From: an uncultured virus (IMG/VR IMGVR_UViG_3300002220_006884)
Taxonomy: Duplodnaviria > Heunggongvirae > Uroviricota > Caudoviricetes
DNA length: 64,000 nucleotides
Direction: 5' to 3' (one strand)
IMG/VR virus record: IMGVR_UViG_3300002220_006884
Shown: in pieces, positions 1-10,215 of the stretch
How positions within the stretch are numbered: the first letter of the stretch is position 1
Layout of the letters: each line of letters starts with the position of its first letter
Program-made: the position numbers and the translations under genes
The notes under the pieces: model-generated
Told to the model about the DNA's origin: nothing
Databases searched by the model: none
What the model saw: only the letters and a program-made list of their open reading frames with translations

Positions 1-675
1 ATGATGAATCAAAAATTATTATGGAATAACTTTTTAAATGAAGAATTTAATAAAGATTATTATAAAAAACTTAATTTTTTCTTGGAAAATGAATTAGATA
101 ATGGTAAAATTATTTACCCAAAAAAAGAAAATTGGCTAAATGCTTTATGTGTAAATCCTGAAAAAATAAAAGTTATTATATTGGGTCAAGATCCTTATCA
201 TGGAGAAAATCAAGCACATGGATTTTCATTTTCAGTTGAAAAAAAAATATCTTTACCTCCATCATTAAAGAATATTTTTAAAGAAATATCTTCAGAATTT
301 AATATTGAAATGAGTAAAAAAAATGGAAATTTAAATCCTTGGGTTGAACAGGGAGTAATGCTATTAAATAGTGTTTTGACAGTTGAAAAGGGAAATCCTG
401 CATCTCATAAAAATATGGGTTGGGAGATTTTTACTGATGAAGTAATTTCGTTTATTTCTAAAAATTTTGATAAAAAAGTTTTTCTATTGTGGGGAAACTA
501 TGCAATACAAAAGAAAAAATTAATTGATGAAAATAAACATCTAATATTAACTTCTCCACATCCTTCTCCTTTTTCTGCACATAATGGTTTTTTTGGAAAC
601 AATCACTTTAAGCTGGTTAATGAATATCTTAAAAATAATAATATCTCTATAATAGATTGGCAAATTAAAGACTAA
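1..675 (+). CDS. ung: Uracil-DNA glycosylase, family 1
   Basis: Catalytic motifs GQDPYH, LPPSL, LLNSVLTV, LLWG and HPSP(F)S. Confidence 0.95.
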   Translation: MMNQKLLWNNFLNEEFNKDYYKKLNFFLENELDNGKIIYPKKENWLNALCVNPEKIKVIILGQDPYHGENQAHGFSFSVEKKISLPPSLKNIFKEISSEFNIEMSKKNGNLNPWVEQGVMLLNSVLTVEKGNPASHKNMGWEIFTDEVISFISKNFDKKVFLLWGNYAIQKKKLIDENKHLILTSPHPSPFSAHNGFFGNNHFKLVNEYLKNNNISIIDWQIKD

Positions 676-1014
676 ACGATAAATCTTTTAAATAATCTTT
701 TTGGAGGAGTAACACTTTAGTAACACACATTGGTAAAAATGTGTGTTTTTTTATTTTAGTTTTTAATTATGTGTGTTTTTTCAGATTATAAACATAAGAA
801 GTGTTACTCAAATGAATTTTTTGTACATAGTAACGGGGGAATTTCTCATTTTGGTTTTTTCCAGCTTTTTTTATAAAAACTTCTTTTTTGTTTGAATGTC
901 AATAGCTTTAAATAATGAAATTATTGATTTTTGTTTTTTTGATTAATAGTTGGAGGAAAAATAAAAAAAACAGACCAATTGTTTAGGCCTGTTGTCTTGA
1001 TTAATATGATTTAT

Positions 1015-1674
1015 TTATTTTTGATATTTTTCTGTAAATCTTTTGAATACATTTGCTCTAACATCATTCCAAGAACCCTGTGGAATTAATACATTATTTC
1101 CTTTTGGTATTGTCTCTTCACCATAGTAGCAAGCCCATAGTGGAGAAATTCTTGTTTTAAGGTTGGTAATAAAGTAAATAACTTCTCGCATAGCTGTATC
1201 TATATGTTGTGGAGTTTTTCTTGTAACATCTATTGGGGTTTGGAAAGATACACTAATTGTTCTTGGAGCATTTCTTGCAGTTGAATCTGAACATAAATAT
1301 GAATCTTGCTGTGTCATAATAAGAGCAATATATAGCCATTTGTGTGTTTCAATTGGATTGTTTTCTTTTGCATAATAATCAGCCATCAACCAATAAAGTG
1401 GAATATGGCCTTCATATTGTTTAGCTTGTAAATATTTTATATATTGATCTTTGGAAACTTTATATTTTTTAATTTCTACAAAAAATTCTTGGTATTCACC
1501 CTTTTTTAAAAAACCTTCTAGGGTTTGGATTTGTTCTGATGTAAATGGAATAACTGCACTTTTAGCTTCAGCTTTTTGTTGAGTATTGTTCGGTAGAGTA
1601 GTTGTCATATTTTGTTCTGCAAAAGAATTAAATGACAACATGGAAGCAAGAGATAACATTATTATTTTTTTCAT
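1015..1674 (-). CDS. Exported hypothetical protein
   Basis: Signal-peptide-like N-terminus MKKIIMLSLASMLSFNSFA. Confidence 0.65.
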   Translation of the reverse strand: MKKIIMLSLASMLSFNSFAEQNMTTTLPNNTQQKAEAKSAVIPFTSEQIQTLEGFLKKGEYQEFFVEIKKYKVSKDQYIKYLQAKQYEGHIPLYWLMADYYAKENNPIETHKWLYIALIMTQQDSYLCSDSTARNAPRTISVSFQTPIDVTRKTPQHIDTAMREVIYFITNLKTRISPLWACYYGEETIPKGNNVLIPQGSWNDVRANVFKRFTEKYQK

Positions 1675-1742
1675 ATTAAAGACCTTATTGTTGAATGATA
1701 GAAATGATTAAACAATAAAAATAACCTTTAATCAATACTATA

Positions 1743-2393
1743 TTGAAAAACTATAATAAAGATATAGTATATATGTATGTAATCAATATGGAGAAAAACA
1801 ATATGGAAGAAAATAAAAATATAACATTATGGCACGGTGGAAGAGATTTAGAATTTAATTATAGAGATCCAAAACCTTCATCTAAAGGAAGGTGGGAGCA
1901 TGGCCCTGGGTTATACTTGACAACTCATTATGAAACCGCCAGAGATTATGCTAAAGGTGGTGGAAAAACATATAAAGTTGATTTTGAATTGGGAATTAAC
2001 ATTCAAAATGTGATGATTCCTTTAGAACAAGCTTTATTATTTATATATGATAATGCTACCAAGAAAAAACAAAAAACAATAATAGAAGATATTCACGAAA
2101 ATATGAAAAGAATGAATTTAATAGATAAAGTTGAAGCAAATGTTTTTTTGAATTTATTATTTAATTATGATGCAATAGTTGGTAGTAAAACTTTAAAATT
2201 AAATAGATTTCTTGTTGAAAATGGAGTAGATTATGGAGTTGTAAATAGATTTAAAGGTAGGGATGAAACTGTATTTGTTATTTATAATTTAGATAAAATT
2301 AAAAAAGTGAAACCTATAAGTGCGAAAGATGTTGACCTAAAGGATTTTGAATTGGAATTAAATTTAGATAAAAAAAATAAGTTAAAAATTTAG
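1743..2393 (+). CDS. Putative ADP-ribosyltransferase-fold protein (PolyVal-ART-like); true start probably 1788 or 1803
   Basis: LWHGG...GPGLYLTT...ARDYA pattern typical of H-Y-type ART folds; ends KNKLKI. Confidence 0.5.
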   Translation: MKNYNKDIVYMYVINMEKNNMEENKNITLWHGGRDLEFNYRDPKPSSKGRWEHGPGLYLTTHYETARDYAKGGGKTYKVDFELGINIQNVMIPLEQALLFIYDNATKKKQKTIIEDIHENMKRMNLIDKVEANVFLNLLFNYDAIVGSKTLKLNRFLVENGVDYGVVNRFKGRDETVFVIYNLDKIKKVKPISAKDVDLKDFELELNLDKKNKLKI

Positions 2394-2436
2394 TAGATAA
2401 ATATAAAAATAGTGGAGCATTTTATTGCTCCATTTT

Positions 2437-3309
2437 TTATGGTAAAGATTTTCTTATTGAATCAATAAATTTATCAATAGATAATAAAATGTATTCTTTC
2501 TTTAACTCATAATCTTTATTTCCAATCATTCTAAATTCAAAGTATCTTTGATTAATTATGTTTCTTTTGTCAACAATAGATATGTTTTTTCCAGAAATAT
2601 TTAATCTGTTTATGAAAGATTTTTTTATAAAGTTTTCATATTCACATTCAGAATTAAAAGATAATTTTGAAATTGTTTTTGGGTTATTTTTATTGTAAAT
2701 TAAACAGCCATAATTTATTTTATTTGATAAAAACTTTAATGATTTGTAATTATGTTTTTTATTAATCCAATAAAAATAACTTCTTTCTTTTGAGATGTTT
2801 CCGTTAATAATTATTGAAAATTTTTTGTTAAAAGTATTTATGCAATAGTTGTTTTTTGCTCTTTTAAATTCATTAAGTATTTCAGACTGTGGAACTAAGT
2901 TAATTAAATTTAAATAATCAATTTGTTCACTTTTATGTTCATCTAAAAAACTAATATTTATATGTAAACTACATGTTGAATTTGTTTTTATTTTCTTGTT
3001 TTCTTTCATCCAATCTAAAAAAGAGACTAAAAAAATTTTTGCATTATCATAATTAACTGGATTTGTTACAACTTCAACACCATAAAAATTATCATAATAT
3101 TTCTTAGAAAATTTTATAGTGGGATCTTCTTTTATTTCACTTATAATTTGAGATGAATTAGAAAAATAATCATTTATTTCTTGATAGACTTCAGGATAAA
3201 TATGTTTTTCAAAATAAATTGGTTTCTTTGTTTTTTTTGCAATACTCATATTACTTTGGATTTCTGGAAGCCAACCAAATTCAAATTCAAAACCTATTAT
3301 TATAGTCAT
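2437..3309 (-). CDS. Putative amidoligase (COOH-NH2 ligase-like)
   Basis: GFEFEF, D-x-T, GVEVVT, CSLHINIS and FEFR motifs. Confidence 0.55.
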   Translation of the reverse strand: MTIIIGFEFEFGWLPEIQSNMSIAKKTKKPIYFEKHIYPEVYQEINDYFSNSSQIISEIKEDPTIKFSKKYYDNFYGVEVVTNPVNYDNAKIFLVSFLDWMKENKKIKTNSTCSLHINISFLDEHKSEQIDYLNLINLVPQSEILNEFKRAKNNYCINTFNKKFSIIINGNISKERSYFYWINKKHNYKSLKFLSNKINYGCLIYNKNNPKTISKLSFNSECEYENFIKKSFINRLNISGKNISIVDKRNIINQRYFEFRMIGNKDYELKKEYILLSIDKFIDSIRKSLP

Positions 3310-3448
3310 TGTGTTTATTCTAAAAATATTATGGTAAATGTTTATGTGAAAGATTATAGCATAAAAAAATAGATTGTGTTGTGTGATTATGTTTGTATTA
3401 TAAAATAAAAAATCCCAACATTGTTGGGATGATTTGAATCATATTTAA

Positions 3449-4000
3449 TTAGAAAAAATCTTTTCTACTTACACCATGATATTTATATGGATCTTTATGA
3501 TATTGATAAGAGTCTCCAGCTTCATAAGCACCTTGACTAACTAAATCATCTAAATCTTTATGAACTGTTTTAATTAATTCTTTTAATTTTTCCTGATTTA
3601 CACCACCTTTATGAAATTCCATAATTGCAGCAGTTCCTACAGGAGCTTGCCAAGATTTTCCAGATTCCTCATCAAAATCTTCCTCCATGCTTCCATCGTA
3701 ACCACTAATAGTAGCAAAATTATCTTTAATACTTTTTGTTTTGGTGACATTATCACCTTCACAATAAAATTCATCCATATTTGCTTCAACAAAGTGATTG
3801 AAATCTTCATATTCTTCAGGATCAACATCGGGATTAAAATAAAAAACACTAGTTGATTCTGATGATGATGCTGAAATCATTACCCATGATGTTTCACAAA
3901 ATCCTTTTGCTTTTTGTTTTTCTGAACCAAAAATTGGTTCTGCTTGTATATCTTTTTTATTCATTTTTATTCTCCAGTAAAGATATATTAATTGTATCAA
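3449..4000 (-). CDS. Acidic hypothetical protein
   Basis: Open 183 aa ORF; likely start at internal ATG 3964 after GGAG. Confidence 0.6.
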   Translation of the reverse strand: MIQLIYLYWRIKMNKKDIQAEPIFGSEKQKAKGFCETSWVMISASSSESTSVFYFNPDVDPEEYEDFNHFVEANMDEFYCEGDNVTKTKSIKDNFATISGYDGSMEEDFDEESGKSWQAPVGTAAIMEFHKGGVNQEKLKELIKTVHKDLDDLVSQGAYEAGDSYQYHKDPYKYHGVSRKDFF

Positions 4001-4178
4001 AATGAATTATCTAATCAAGAATAGCAGTAATTAGAATTTTGAAAAAACAGGAGTTTAAATTTTAAATTGAATAAAAGTGAACACCACTCACATAATAATC
4101 CATTGTAGCTTATCCTGTTAAGCTATAGATAGAAAATAAAAAAGACCCTAGAAGGGTCTTATATGGTATTGTAAATAA

Positions 4179-4376
4179 TTAAGACTCTTTAACCTTTTTA
4201 CGTCCATCTTGCCAAGCAGCTAAAATATTTCGAAACTCAGGACGACTTGAACCAGCAAAAAGAATTTTGTATTGTTTTGGTAGGCACTTTCGTGTTGCGG
4301 CATTACGTCGTGAACGGTTAATGGTTTTGGTTGAAGATTTAGCAGGTGCTGGGGTAGCGGCTTTTTGTTTAGACAT
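4179..4376 (-). CDS. Small basic protein
   Basis: AAGGAG Shine-Dalgarno upstream, K/R-rich, hairpin downstream. Confidence 0.6.
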   Translation of the reverse strand: MSKQKAATPAPAKSSTKTINRSRRNAATRKCLPKQYKILFAGSSRPEFRNILAAWQDGRKKVKES

Positions 4377-4415
4377 GGATACTCCTTAAAAATTAAACAG
4401 AAGTGAATTATATGT

Positions 4416-4913
4416 TTGAAAAGAAATGCTGTCAACATTAAAATTAAGAAAAACAACAAAAATAACAAAATGAAACAATCTATAAAAGAAATAGAGATTT
4501 CCAGTAAATGGTATAAAGGTGATATCTATATTGGTTCACTTAGTGGATTACTTACTATGAATGGAGAAGCCTTAATAAATTACTTAAAAGAAAATATAAA
4601 TGATACGGGTGTTATATATAAGTGTGTTAACTGTATAGTAAGAGAGACATTAATTATTAAGTCATTAAATGTATTGGAAGAATATCAGGGAAAGGGTTAT
4701 GGTAAAAAAATATTGATAGACACAATGAATAAATATAAACCAGAGAGTATTATCCTTATAGCAGATATAGGTAAAAGACAAAGAGCGGGGTTTGATTTAG
4801 TAACTTTTTATAAGAAAAATGAATTTAAGGAAATTAGTGAATGTATGTTTTATCCATTAATGTTTTGGCCTATAGAGAAAGCAGATAAAATATTGATGGA
4901 AATAAATAAATAA
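4416..4913 (+). CDS. GNAT family acetyltransferase
   Basis: V...YQGKGYGK acetyl-CoA motif and FYKKNEF. Confidence 0.7.
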   Translation: MKRNAVNIKIKKNNKNNKMKQSIKEIEISSKWYKGDIYIGSLSGLLTMNGEALINYLKENINDTGVIYKCVNCIVRETLIIKSLNVLEEYQGKGYGKKILIDTMNKYKPESIILIADIGKRQRAGFDLVTFYKKNEFKEISECMFYPLMFWPIEKADKILMEINK

Positions 4914-4945
4914 TATGATAAAATATAAAAAATAAAGGTGATAAT

Positions 4946-5779
4946 ATGAAGAAAAAAATTGGTGTATTGAGTGATTTACATTTAGAAAGTTCTAATATGA
5001 AATTAGAGCTAAATTGTGATGTTTTAGTTTTGGCTGGAGATATTAGTCAAGATTTTGGTTTGTTATATAGATTTTTTGAACAAAATATTCCAGAAGGTAT
5101 GCCAGTAATATATGTTCCAGGCAATCATGAATATGAAGGTAAGAGAGATTTTGTTGTAATGGAAGAGCTTAAAAAAATAGAAAAAGAATTTCCAAATATA
5201 CATGTGTTACAAAACGAGTCTATAGATATAGAAGGAATTCGCTTTATTGGTAGCACACTATGGAGTAATTTTGAAGGTATGGGTATAACCAATAAAAAAT
5301 TAGTAAAAGATTGGTGTAAATTTAATGTAGTAGACTTTACTTATATTTTTAAAAAGAATCCAAGTAATATACATGGGGCAGTTCCATATACATCTTGGAC
5401 ACCAGATGACATGGAAAAAGAATTTAATAAGGCATATGATTTTCTTAAGTATGAATTAAGAAATAGGGAGACTGAGTTACCGAAATTTGTAGTTACTCAT
5501 TTTGCTCCCACAATAGAATCATTAGATCCTAATTTTAAAGTAGGTTTACACAGTGCATACTGGGTTAACAATTTACCAGAATTAATGGGTTTTTGTGATT
5601 ACTGGGTACATGGACATACACATAGTAGTTTTAATTATGATTATGAAGGAACAAAAGTAATTTGTAATCCAAGAGGTTATAGTAAATTATTTGACTTATC
5701 TCAAAATACAAAGTTTGATAGAAAAATGTATGTAGAAGTAGAAGTTTTAGAACAAACAAAGAAAATTAAATTAAAATAG
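4946..5779 (+). CDS. Calcineurin-like metallophosphoesterase
   Basis: DLH, GD, GNHE, THFAP and HGHTH motifs. Confidence 0.9.
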   Translation: MKKKIGVLSDLHLESSNMKLELNCDVLVLAGDISQDFGLLYRFFEQNIPEGMPVIYVPGNHEYEGKRDFVVMEELKKIEKEFPNIHVLQNESIDIEGIRFIGSTLWSNFEGMGITNKKLVKDWCKFNVVDFTYIFKKNPSNIHGAVPYTSWTPDDMEKEFNKAYDFLKYELRNRETELPKFVVTHFAPTIESLDPNFKVGLHSAYWVNNLPELMGFCDYWVHGHTHSSFNYDYEGTKVICNPRGYSKLFDLSQNTKFDRKMYVEVEVLEQTKKIKLK

Positions 5780-5787
5780 GTGAATAA

Positions 5788-6102
5788 ATGAAAAAAATAA
5801 TAACTTTAATTTTAATGGCTGCTATAAGTGTAAATGCAAATGCTGGTGTTTTTAAAAAAGATTCAGGAGAAGTGATTAAGAAAAAAATTGAAATAGAAGA
5901 ATTAAATAAACAAATTAAAAAAGAAAAAGAAGAAATAAAGAAAAAGAAAAAAGAGTATAGTGCGGATAAGAGATATGGTTTACATAGCGAGCTAAATGGA
6001 GACAAATTTAGATTAAATAAAAGTGAAGAGCAACTAAAGGCAACAAAATATAAGTTAAAGCAAAAAAAGATAGAATTAAAACTTGCAAAAAAGAATAAGT
6101 GA
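5788..6102 (+). CDS. Exported Lys/Glu-rich coiled-coil protein
   Basis: Signal peptide ending ANA followed by a K/E-rich helix. Confidence 0.6.
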   Translation: MKKIITLILMAAISVNANAGVFKKDSGEVIKKKIEIEELNKQIKKEKEEIKKKKKEYSADKRYGLHSELNGDKFRLNKSEEQLKATKYKLKQKKIELKLAKKNK

Positions 6103-6169
6103 AAATTCTTATTGCGAATAAAGGGCAATGATAAATAATTTGATTATTTTATTGTTGCTCTTTATTTAT

Positions 6170-7279
6170 TTAAAGATAATGTTCATAAGTTTCTGTAGAT
6201 ATTAATCCAAGGTTATGTTTTAAAGTTAGATCGTCAATAAGGTTAAAGCCAAACTGCTTCATAATTTTTCTCATAGTATGAGTTATTTTTGTAGGGTCAG
6301 AATAAAGAATGGTTTCAATAATCTCAGGAGTAAAAATAAGATATTCCCTAATAGGGATTCTTTTACCATCAAGAGAGGGAACTAAAATTTGATTAATTAA
6401 AACTTTCAAATTAGAAACTAAATCAATAAAAGCAGAATTTTTTTCACCTTCAGGAAAAACACTTATTAATCTAGAGATAACTTCAGAAACGTTTCCAGTA
6501 TGAGTGGTTGAGAAAACAAGTGGTCCAGTCATAGCGGCATAAATAGATGCAGAAATGGTTTCATAATCTCTAGACTCTCCTACCAAAACAATGTCTGAGC
6601 GAGTTCTTAAAGAATTTCTAACACCGTCAGCAAAAGAAGGTATATTAATACCTATTTCCATTTGAGATATAGTGGCAGTAGGTAAATCTAAATAATCATA
6701 AGTAAATTCAATAGGTTGTTCTAAAGTGGAAACTTTCAAATGAGCATCTAGAGCACTTAATCTCCAAGCAAGAATGGAGGCGAGTAATGTTGATTTACCA
6801 GAGCCAGTAGGTCCAGAAACATAAATGCTCCCCCTTTTAGATTTAAATGCATTTAGTAAGTCATCAGATAAAGATAGGTTTTCTAACAAAGGTGGTTGAT
6901 TATTAATAACTCTAATAGCTAAAGAGAAACCTTTATCCCCCAAAACAGAAATAGATTTTAAGTTAACTCTAAATCTATAAGTTGTATCACGATTTTCCTT
7001 AACAAAATAAGCATAATCTATTTGTTGTCCAGAATTTAAAATACTAATAGCACCATCACTATGTAATTTAGAAATAATACCAATTAAATCAGATTTAGTT
7101 AATTTTTTATTTAAAACCTTATGTTTTTTGCCATAAATTTCACAAAATAAAAAATCTTCATTTTGAATAGTAATATCGGAAACATTATTTTTAACAGCCC
7201 AAATCAAAAACCCATCTAAATCCTGAGCAGTTAATCTTTCAGAATTAGATGGATAAGATATAGGAGTGAATAAAGACAT
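6170..7279 (-). CDS. dotB: DotB/TraJ-like type IVB secretion ATPase (PilT/GspE superfamily)
   Basis: SDITIQ...EIYG, YRFRVN, Walker A GPTGSGKST, EQPIEF, VGESRD and His box STTH; N-terminus recalls Legionella DotB rather than PilT. Confidence 0.8.
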   Translation of the reverse strand: MSLFTPISYPSNSERLTAQDLDGFLIWAVKNNVSDITIQNEDFLFCEIYGKKHKVLNKKLTKSDLIGIISKLHSDGAISILNSGQQIDYAYFVKENRDTTYRFRVNLKSISVLGDKGFSLAIRVINNQPPLLENLSLSDDLLNAFKSKRGSIYVSGPTGSGKSTLLASILAWRLSALDAHLKVSTLEQPIEFTYDYLDLPTATISQMEIGINIPSFADGVRNSLRTRSDIVLVGESRDYETISASIYAAMTGPLVFSTTHTGNVSEVISRLISVFPEGEKNSAFIDLVSNLKVLINQILVPSLDGKRIPIREYLIFTPEIIETILYSDPTKITHTMRKIMKQFGFNLIDDLTLKHNLGLISTETYEHYL

Positions 7280-7316
7280 GTTGTTAATAGGGAAAAGAAG
7301 TTAAGAAGTAATAATA

Positions 7317-8309
7317 TCAACTAATAGTTGAATTAATATCAACAATGGGTTCTGGTCTACGAAGAACTAAATCAGGTTTAGCAGATCCAAAATAAACTCC
7401 AACCCCAACATATTTGGCATCAGGTCTAGGTGGTATATTGTTTTCAGTCATATCGGTATACTGAATAACAGACCCATCTTCCATTCTTGCAAAAGAATTA
7501 GGAATTTTTGAATTTTCTAATTCATCTTGTCTAGATTGAGAGAACCATAAAATATTAGGTTTTTCATTAAGACTAAAACCTTTAGGTATAGTTTTTTCAG
7601 TTGGAAAGAAACCTAATTTTTGAGAAGTTAGAATAATATTTTCAGAACCTTTGCGAATAGCATTAAAGGAGTTAATGTGTTTATCTTTTAAGTAAGCTAA
7701 AGATGGAGAAACAAAATCTAACCAAGTACTATAATTATAAGTTAAATAAGAAGCATGTTTAGATAAGGAATACATTTGAGAAAAGATCAAAGAAAAAGTT
7801 TCTTCATTAGATATGTGTTGAAAATCAACTTCTTTAAAATAACGAAGGAATTGTTCTTGTAAACGTTTGTAAGTATGTTCTCTAAAGAATGCATCTTGAT
7901 TATTAATTATTCTTTCAGAAGCAAAAATATGAGCTATTTGAATAGAAAGCAATAATGGGGAAAAAGATAAAGACCTATCCCAAATTGCAAAAGTTTTCTG
8001 AAGAAAGACTTTAGCTTGACCACGAGAGACAACAGGTTCATCACTCAAAGATTCAAAATAAGCTTTCAAAGAAGAAGTCAAACTTAATTTGGTAGTTAAA
8101 ATTGGATCTTCTTCATAAAACTTATCCCAACTAATATCAGCTAATGCCTCATAAAACTTATGCTTATCTTCCTCAGAGGGATCTTTTTCATTAATAAATT
8201 CAGAAATAGCTTCTTCTAGATCCATTAGGCTCAAAGTATTAAAATTAAAAGAAACCCAGTTAGATAAATCAAAAGCTAATGTATTTTTTATTTTGTTAAT
8301 AAAACTCAT
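7317..8309 (-). CDS. Hypothetical protein upstream of dotB
   Basis: 330 aa ORF with GGAG RBS, co-oriented with dotB. Confidence 0.65.
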   Translation of the reverse strand: MSFINKIKNTLAFDLSNWVSFNFNTLSLMDLEEAISEFINEKDPSEEDKHKFYEALADISWDKFYEEDPILTTKLSLTSSLKAYFESLSDEPVVSRGQAKVFLQKTFAIWDRSLSFSPLLLSIQIAHIFASERIINNQDAFFREHTYKRLQEQFLRYFKEVDFQHISNEETFSLIFSQMYSLSKHASYLTYNYSTWLDFVSPSLAYLKDKHINSFNAIRKGSENIILTSQKLGFFPTEKTIPKGFSLNEKPNILWFSQSRQDELENSKIPNSFARMEDGSVIQYTDMTENNIPPRPDAKYVGVGVYFGSAKPDLVLRRPEPIVDINSTIS

Positions 8310-8321
8310 TACTACTCCATA

Positions 8322-8939
8322 TTGTTATTTTTTAAAAGTGTAAAAAATTTTTTACACATATACAAGAGTTATATTGTCAAAAGGGGAAAAGAGAATTACT
8401 ATGTGTATATGACGGGGGGAAGTAAAATGAAAAAAATATTTATAGATACAGAATTTACAAATTTCCACAGTAAAGGATTAATTTCCGTTGGTCTAATTGA
8501 AATGGAAAGCGAAGAATATTTTTATATGGAATGCCTTGACTATAAGGTAGAGGAAAGTAGTGAGTTTGTAAAAGAAAATATAATTCCTTTATTAAGCAAA
8601 GAAGGAGAATCAACCAAAGAAGTAATAAGAAAAATGTTAACCTGGTTAGTTCAATGGGAAGAATATTGTTTTGTGGGAGATTCTGAAATAGATTATCAAA
8701 TAATAATAAGAGAAACGAAGCTACCAAAGAAATGTAAAGGTTTTATATATATAGAACACTATATAGAAGAAATATTAAACATAAGAAATGAAGAAATGAA
8801 AAATATAATTTTAGAAAGGTTTTCAGAATATTGTGATGAATACTTTTACAAGAACAATAAGAAAGCCCACCATGCTTTAGAAGATGCAAAAGCAAATAGA
8901 TGGGCATTTTTAAAAGCAATAGGTTTTGAAGATAAGTAA
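8322..8939 (+). CDS. DEDDh 3'-5' exonuclease (RNase AS/DUF5051-like); likely start 8427
   Basis: IFIDTEFT, D in EIDY, HHALEDA. Confidence 0.75.
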   Translation: MLFFKSVKNFLHIYKSYIVKRGKENYYVYMTGGSKMKKIFIDTEFTNFHSKGLISVGLIEMESEEYFYMECLDYKVEESSEFVKENIIPLLSKEGESTKEVIRKMLTWLVQWEEYCFVGDSEIDYQIIIRETKLPKKCKGFIYIEHYIEEILNIRNEEMKNIILERFSEYCDEYFYKNNKKAHHALEDAKANRWAFLKAIGFEDK

Positions 8940-8940
8940 A

Positions 8941-9708
8941 TTATTTAAAAATTTGATTAATAGCTTGTCGTTGTTTTTTAGAATCTCCCCCAACCAAATT
9001 AGAAATAGTCTGTTGTGGATTATCCATATTAATGCCAATTCTAGACAATCTTTCCTTTACTTCAGGTGGGGCTAAAGAAGTCATTTGTCCAATATAAGAT
9101 AATGGTTGATTAGAGAGTTGAGATATCTGGTCATTAGATAAAGAAGAAACATTTTTATTATTTAAATTATTAGGGATATTTCCATTAAAAGAAGGTGGTA
9201 TAGTTTGTTTATTAGGAATTGTTGAATTAGATGTTGAGTTGTAATCAACATTAGACTTATCAATAGAGTTATTGTTATTAGAATTAGAATCAGTAGCTTT
9301 CACTTCCCTATTCTCAGGATTATATTTTAATCCATTATTATCAATATGAATAACTGGTTTAGTTCCATCTTTAGGTGTAACTAGGTCATTAAATGTATTT
9401 TTGGCTGAACTTGAAGACAATGGGCTTGAAACATAAGGTTTAACAAAATTCATAACACCTGGAAAAAAATAAGAACCAGACCAAACAAAAATACAAATCA
9501 ACAATATTCTATTGAAAATAGATTTGAGAAGATTCTTAAAATTAAAAACAATATACATGAGTGCAACTGGAACAATCCAATATTTCCAATCAGTTAAAAA
9601 ATCTTCTGGCTTAATATCTGGCCTAAGATATAAAATAGCCCCGGTCAATATGGATAGTAATACTAGAAAAATAGCTAGTAAAAAGAAAAATTGCTTCATG
9701 TGTTTCAT
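8941..9708 (-). CDS. Membrane protein with Asn/Ser-rich soluble tail
   Basis: Three hydrophobic N-terminal segments. Confidence 0.6.
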   Translation of the reverse strand: MKHMKQFFFLLAIFLVLLSILTGAILYLRPDIKPEDFLTDWKYWIVPVALMYIVFNFKNLLKSIFNRILLICIFVWSGSYFFPGVMNFVKPYVSSPLSSSSAKNTFNDLVTPKDGTKPVIHIDNNGLKYNPENREVKATDSNSNNNNSIDKSNVDYNSTSNSTIPNKQTIPPSFNGNIPNNLNNKNVSSLSNDQISQLSNQPLSYIGQMTSLAPPEVKERLSRIGINMDNPQQTISNLVGGDSKKQRQAINQIFK

Positions 9709-9719
9709 GTTGTGCCTTA

Positions 9720-10073
9720 TTATGGTTGTTGTTCTATTACATCAAGATATTTTTTTGCCATCAACTCTGTGATACGCTGAGAACGTAGAGTTTCAATCTT
9801 TTGAATTTCTTGTGGAGTTAATCTAGATTGATTCTGAGCCAAAAACAATTCTAATTTTTTAATAATAGGATCAGTATTCTTATATACAGTGTAAGTTTGT
9901 TCTTCAGATAACATTTGATTTTGATTATTATGCTTAGAAGAGGAAGAATCTTCAACAACTAAAGTAGTAGTCATAAATGACAATATAAATAACCAAGAAA
10001 AAATAAATAATGACACAAAAAAAGATTTTATAAAAAAGGAAATATCTTTTTGATTTTTTAAAAAATTCTTCAT
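9720..10073 (-). CDS. Single-pass membrane protein
   Basis: N-terminal hydrophobic helix. Confidence 0.55.
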   Translation of the reverse strand: MKNFLKNQKDISFFIKSFFVSLFIFSWLFILSFMTTTLVVEDSSSSKHNNQNQMLSEEQTYTVYKNTDPIIKKLELFLAQNQSRLTPQEIQKIETLRSQRITELMAKKYLDVIEQQP

Positions 10074-10215
10074 AGGGATAAAAACTCAACATGTTAATTT
10101 ATTATTCAAATAATAAAACAAAAATAAATAAAATTTGCAAGAAATCAGATTTATTTAAAAAGTAAACGATATATTATATTTTTAATAAATTACTGATTTG
10201 TGATTATATTTAAGA

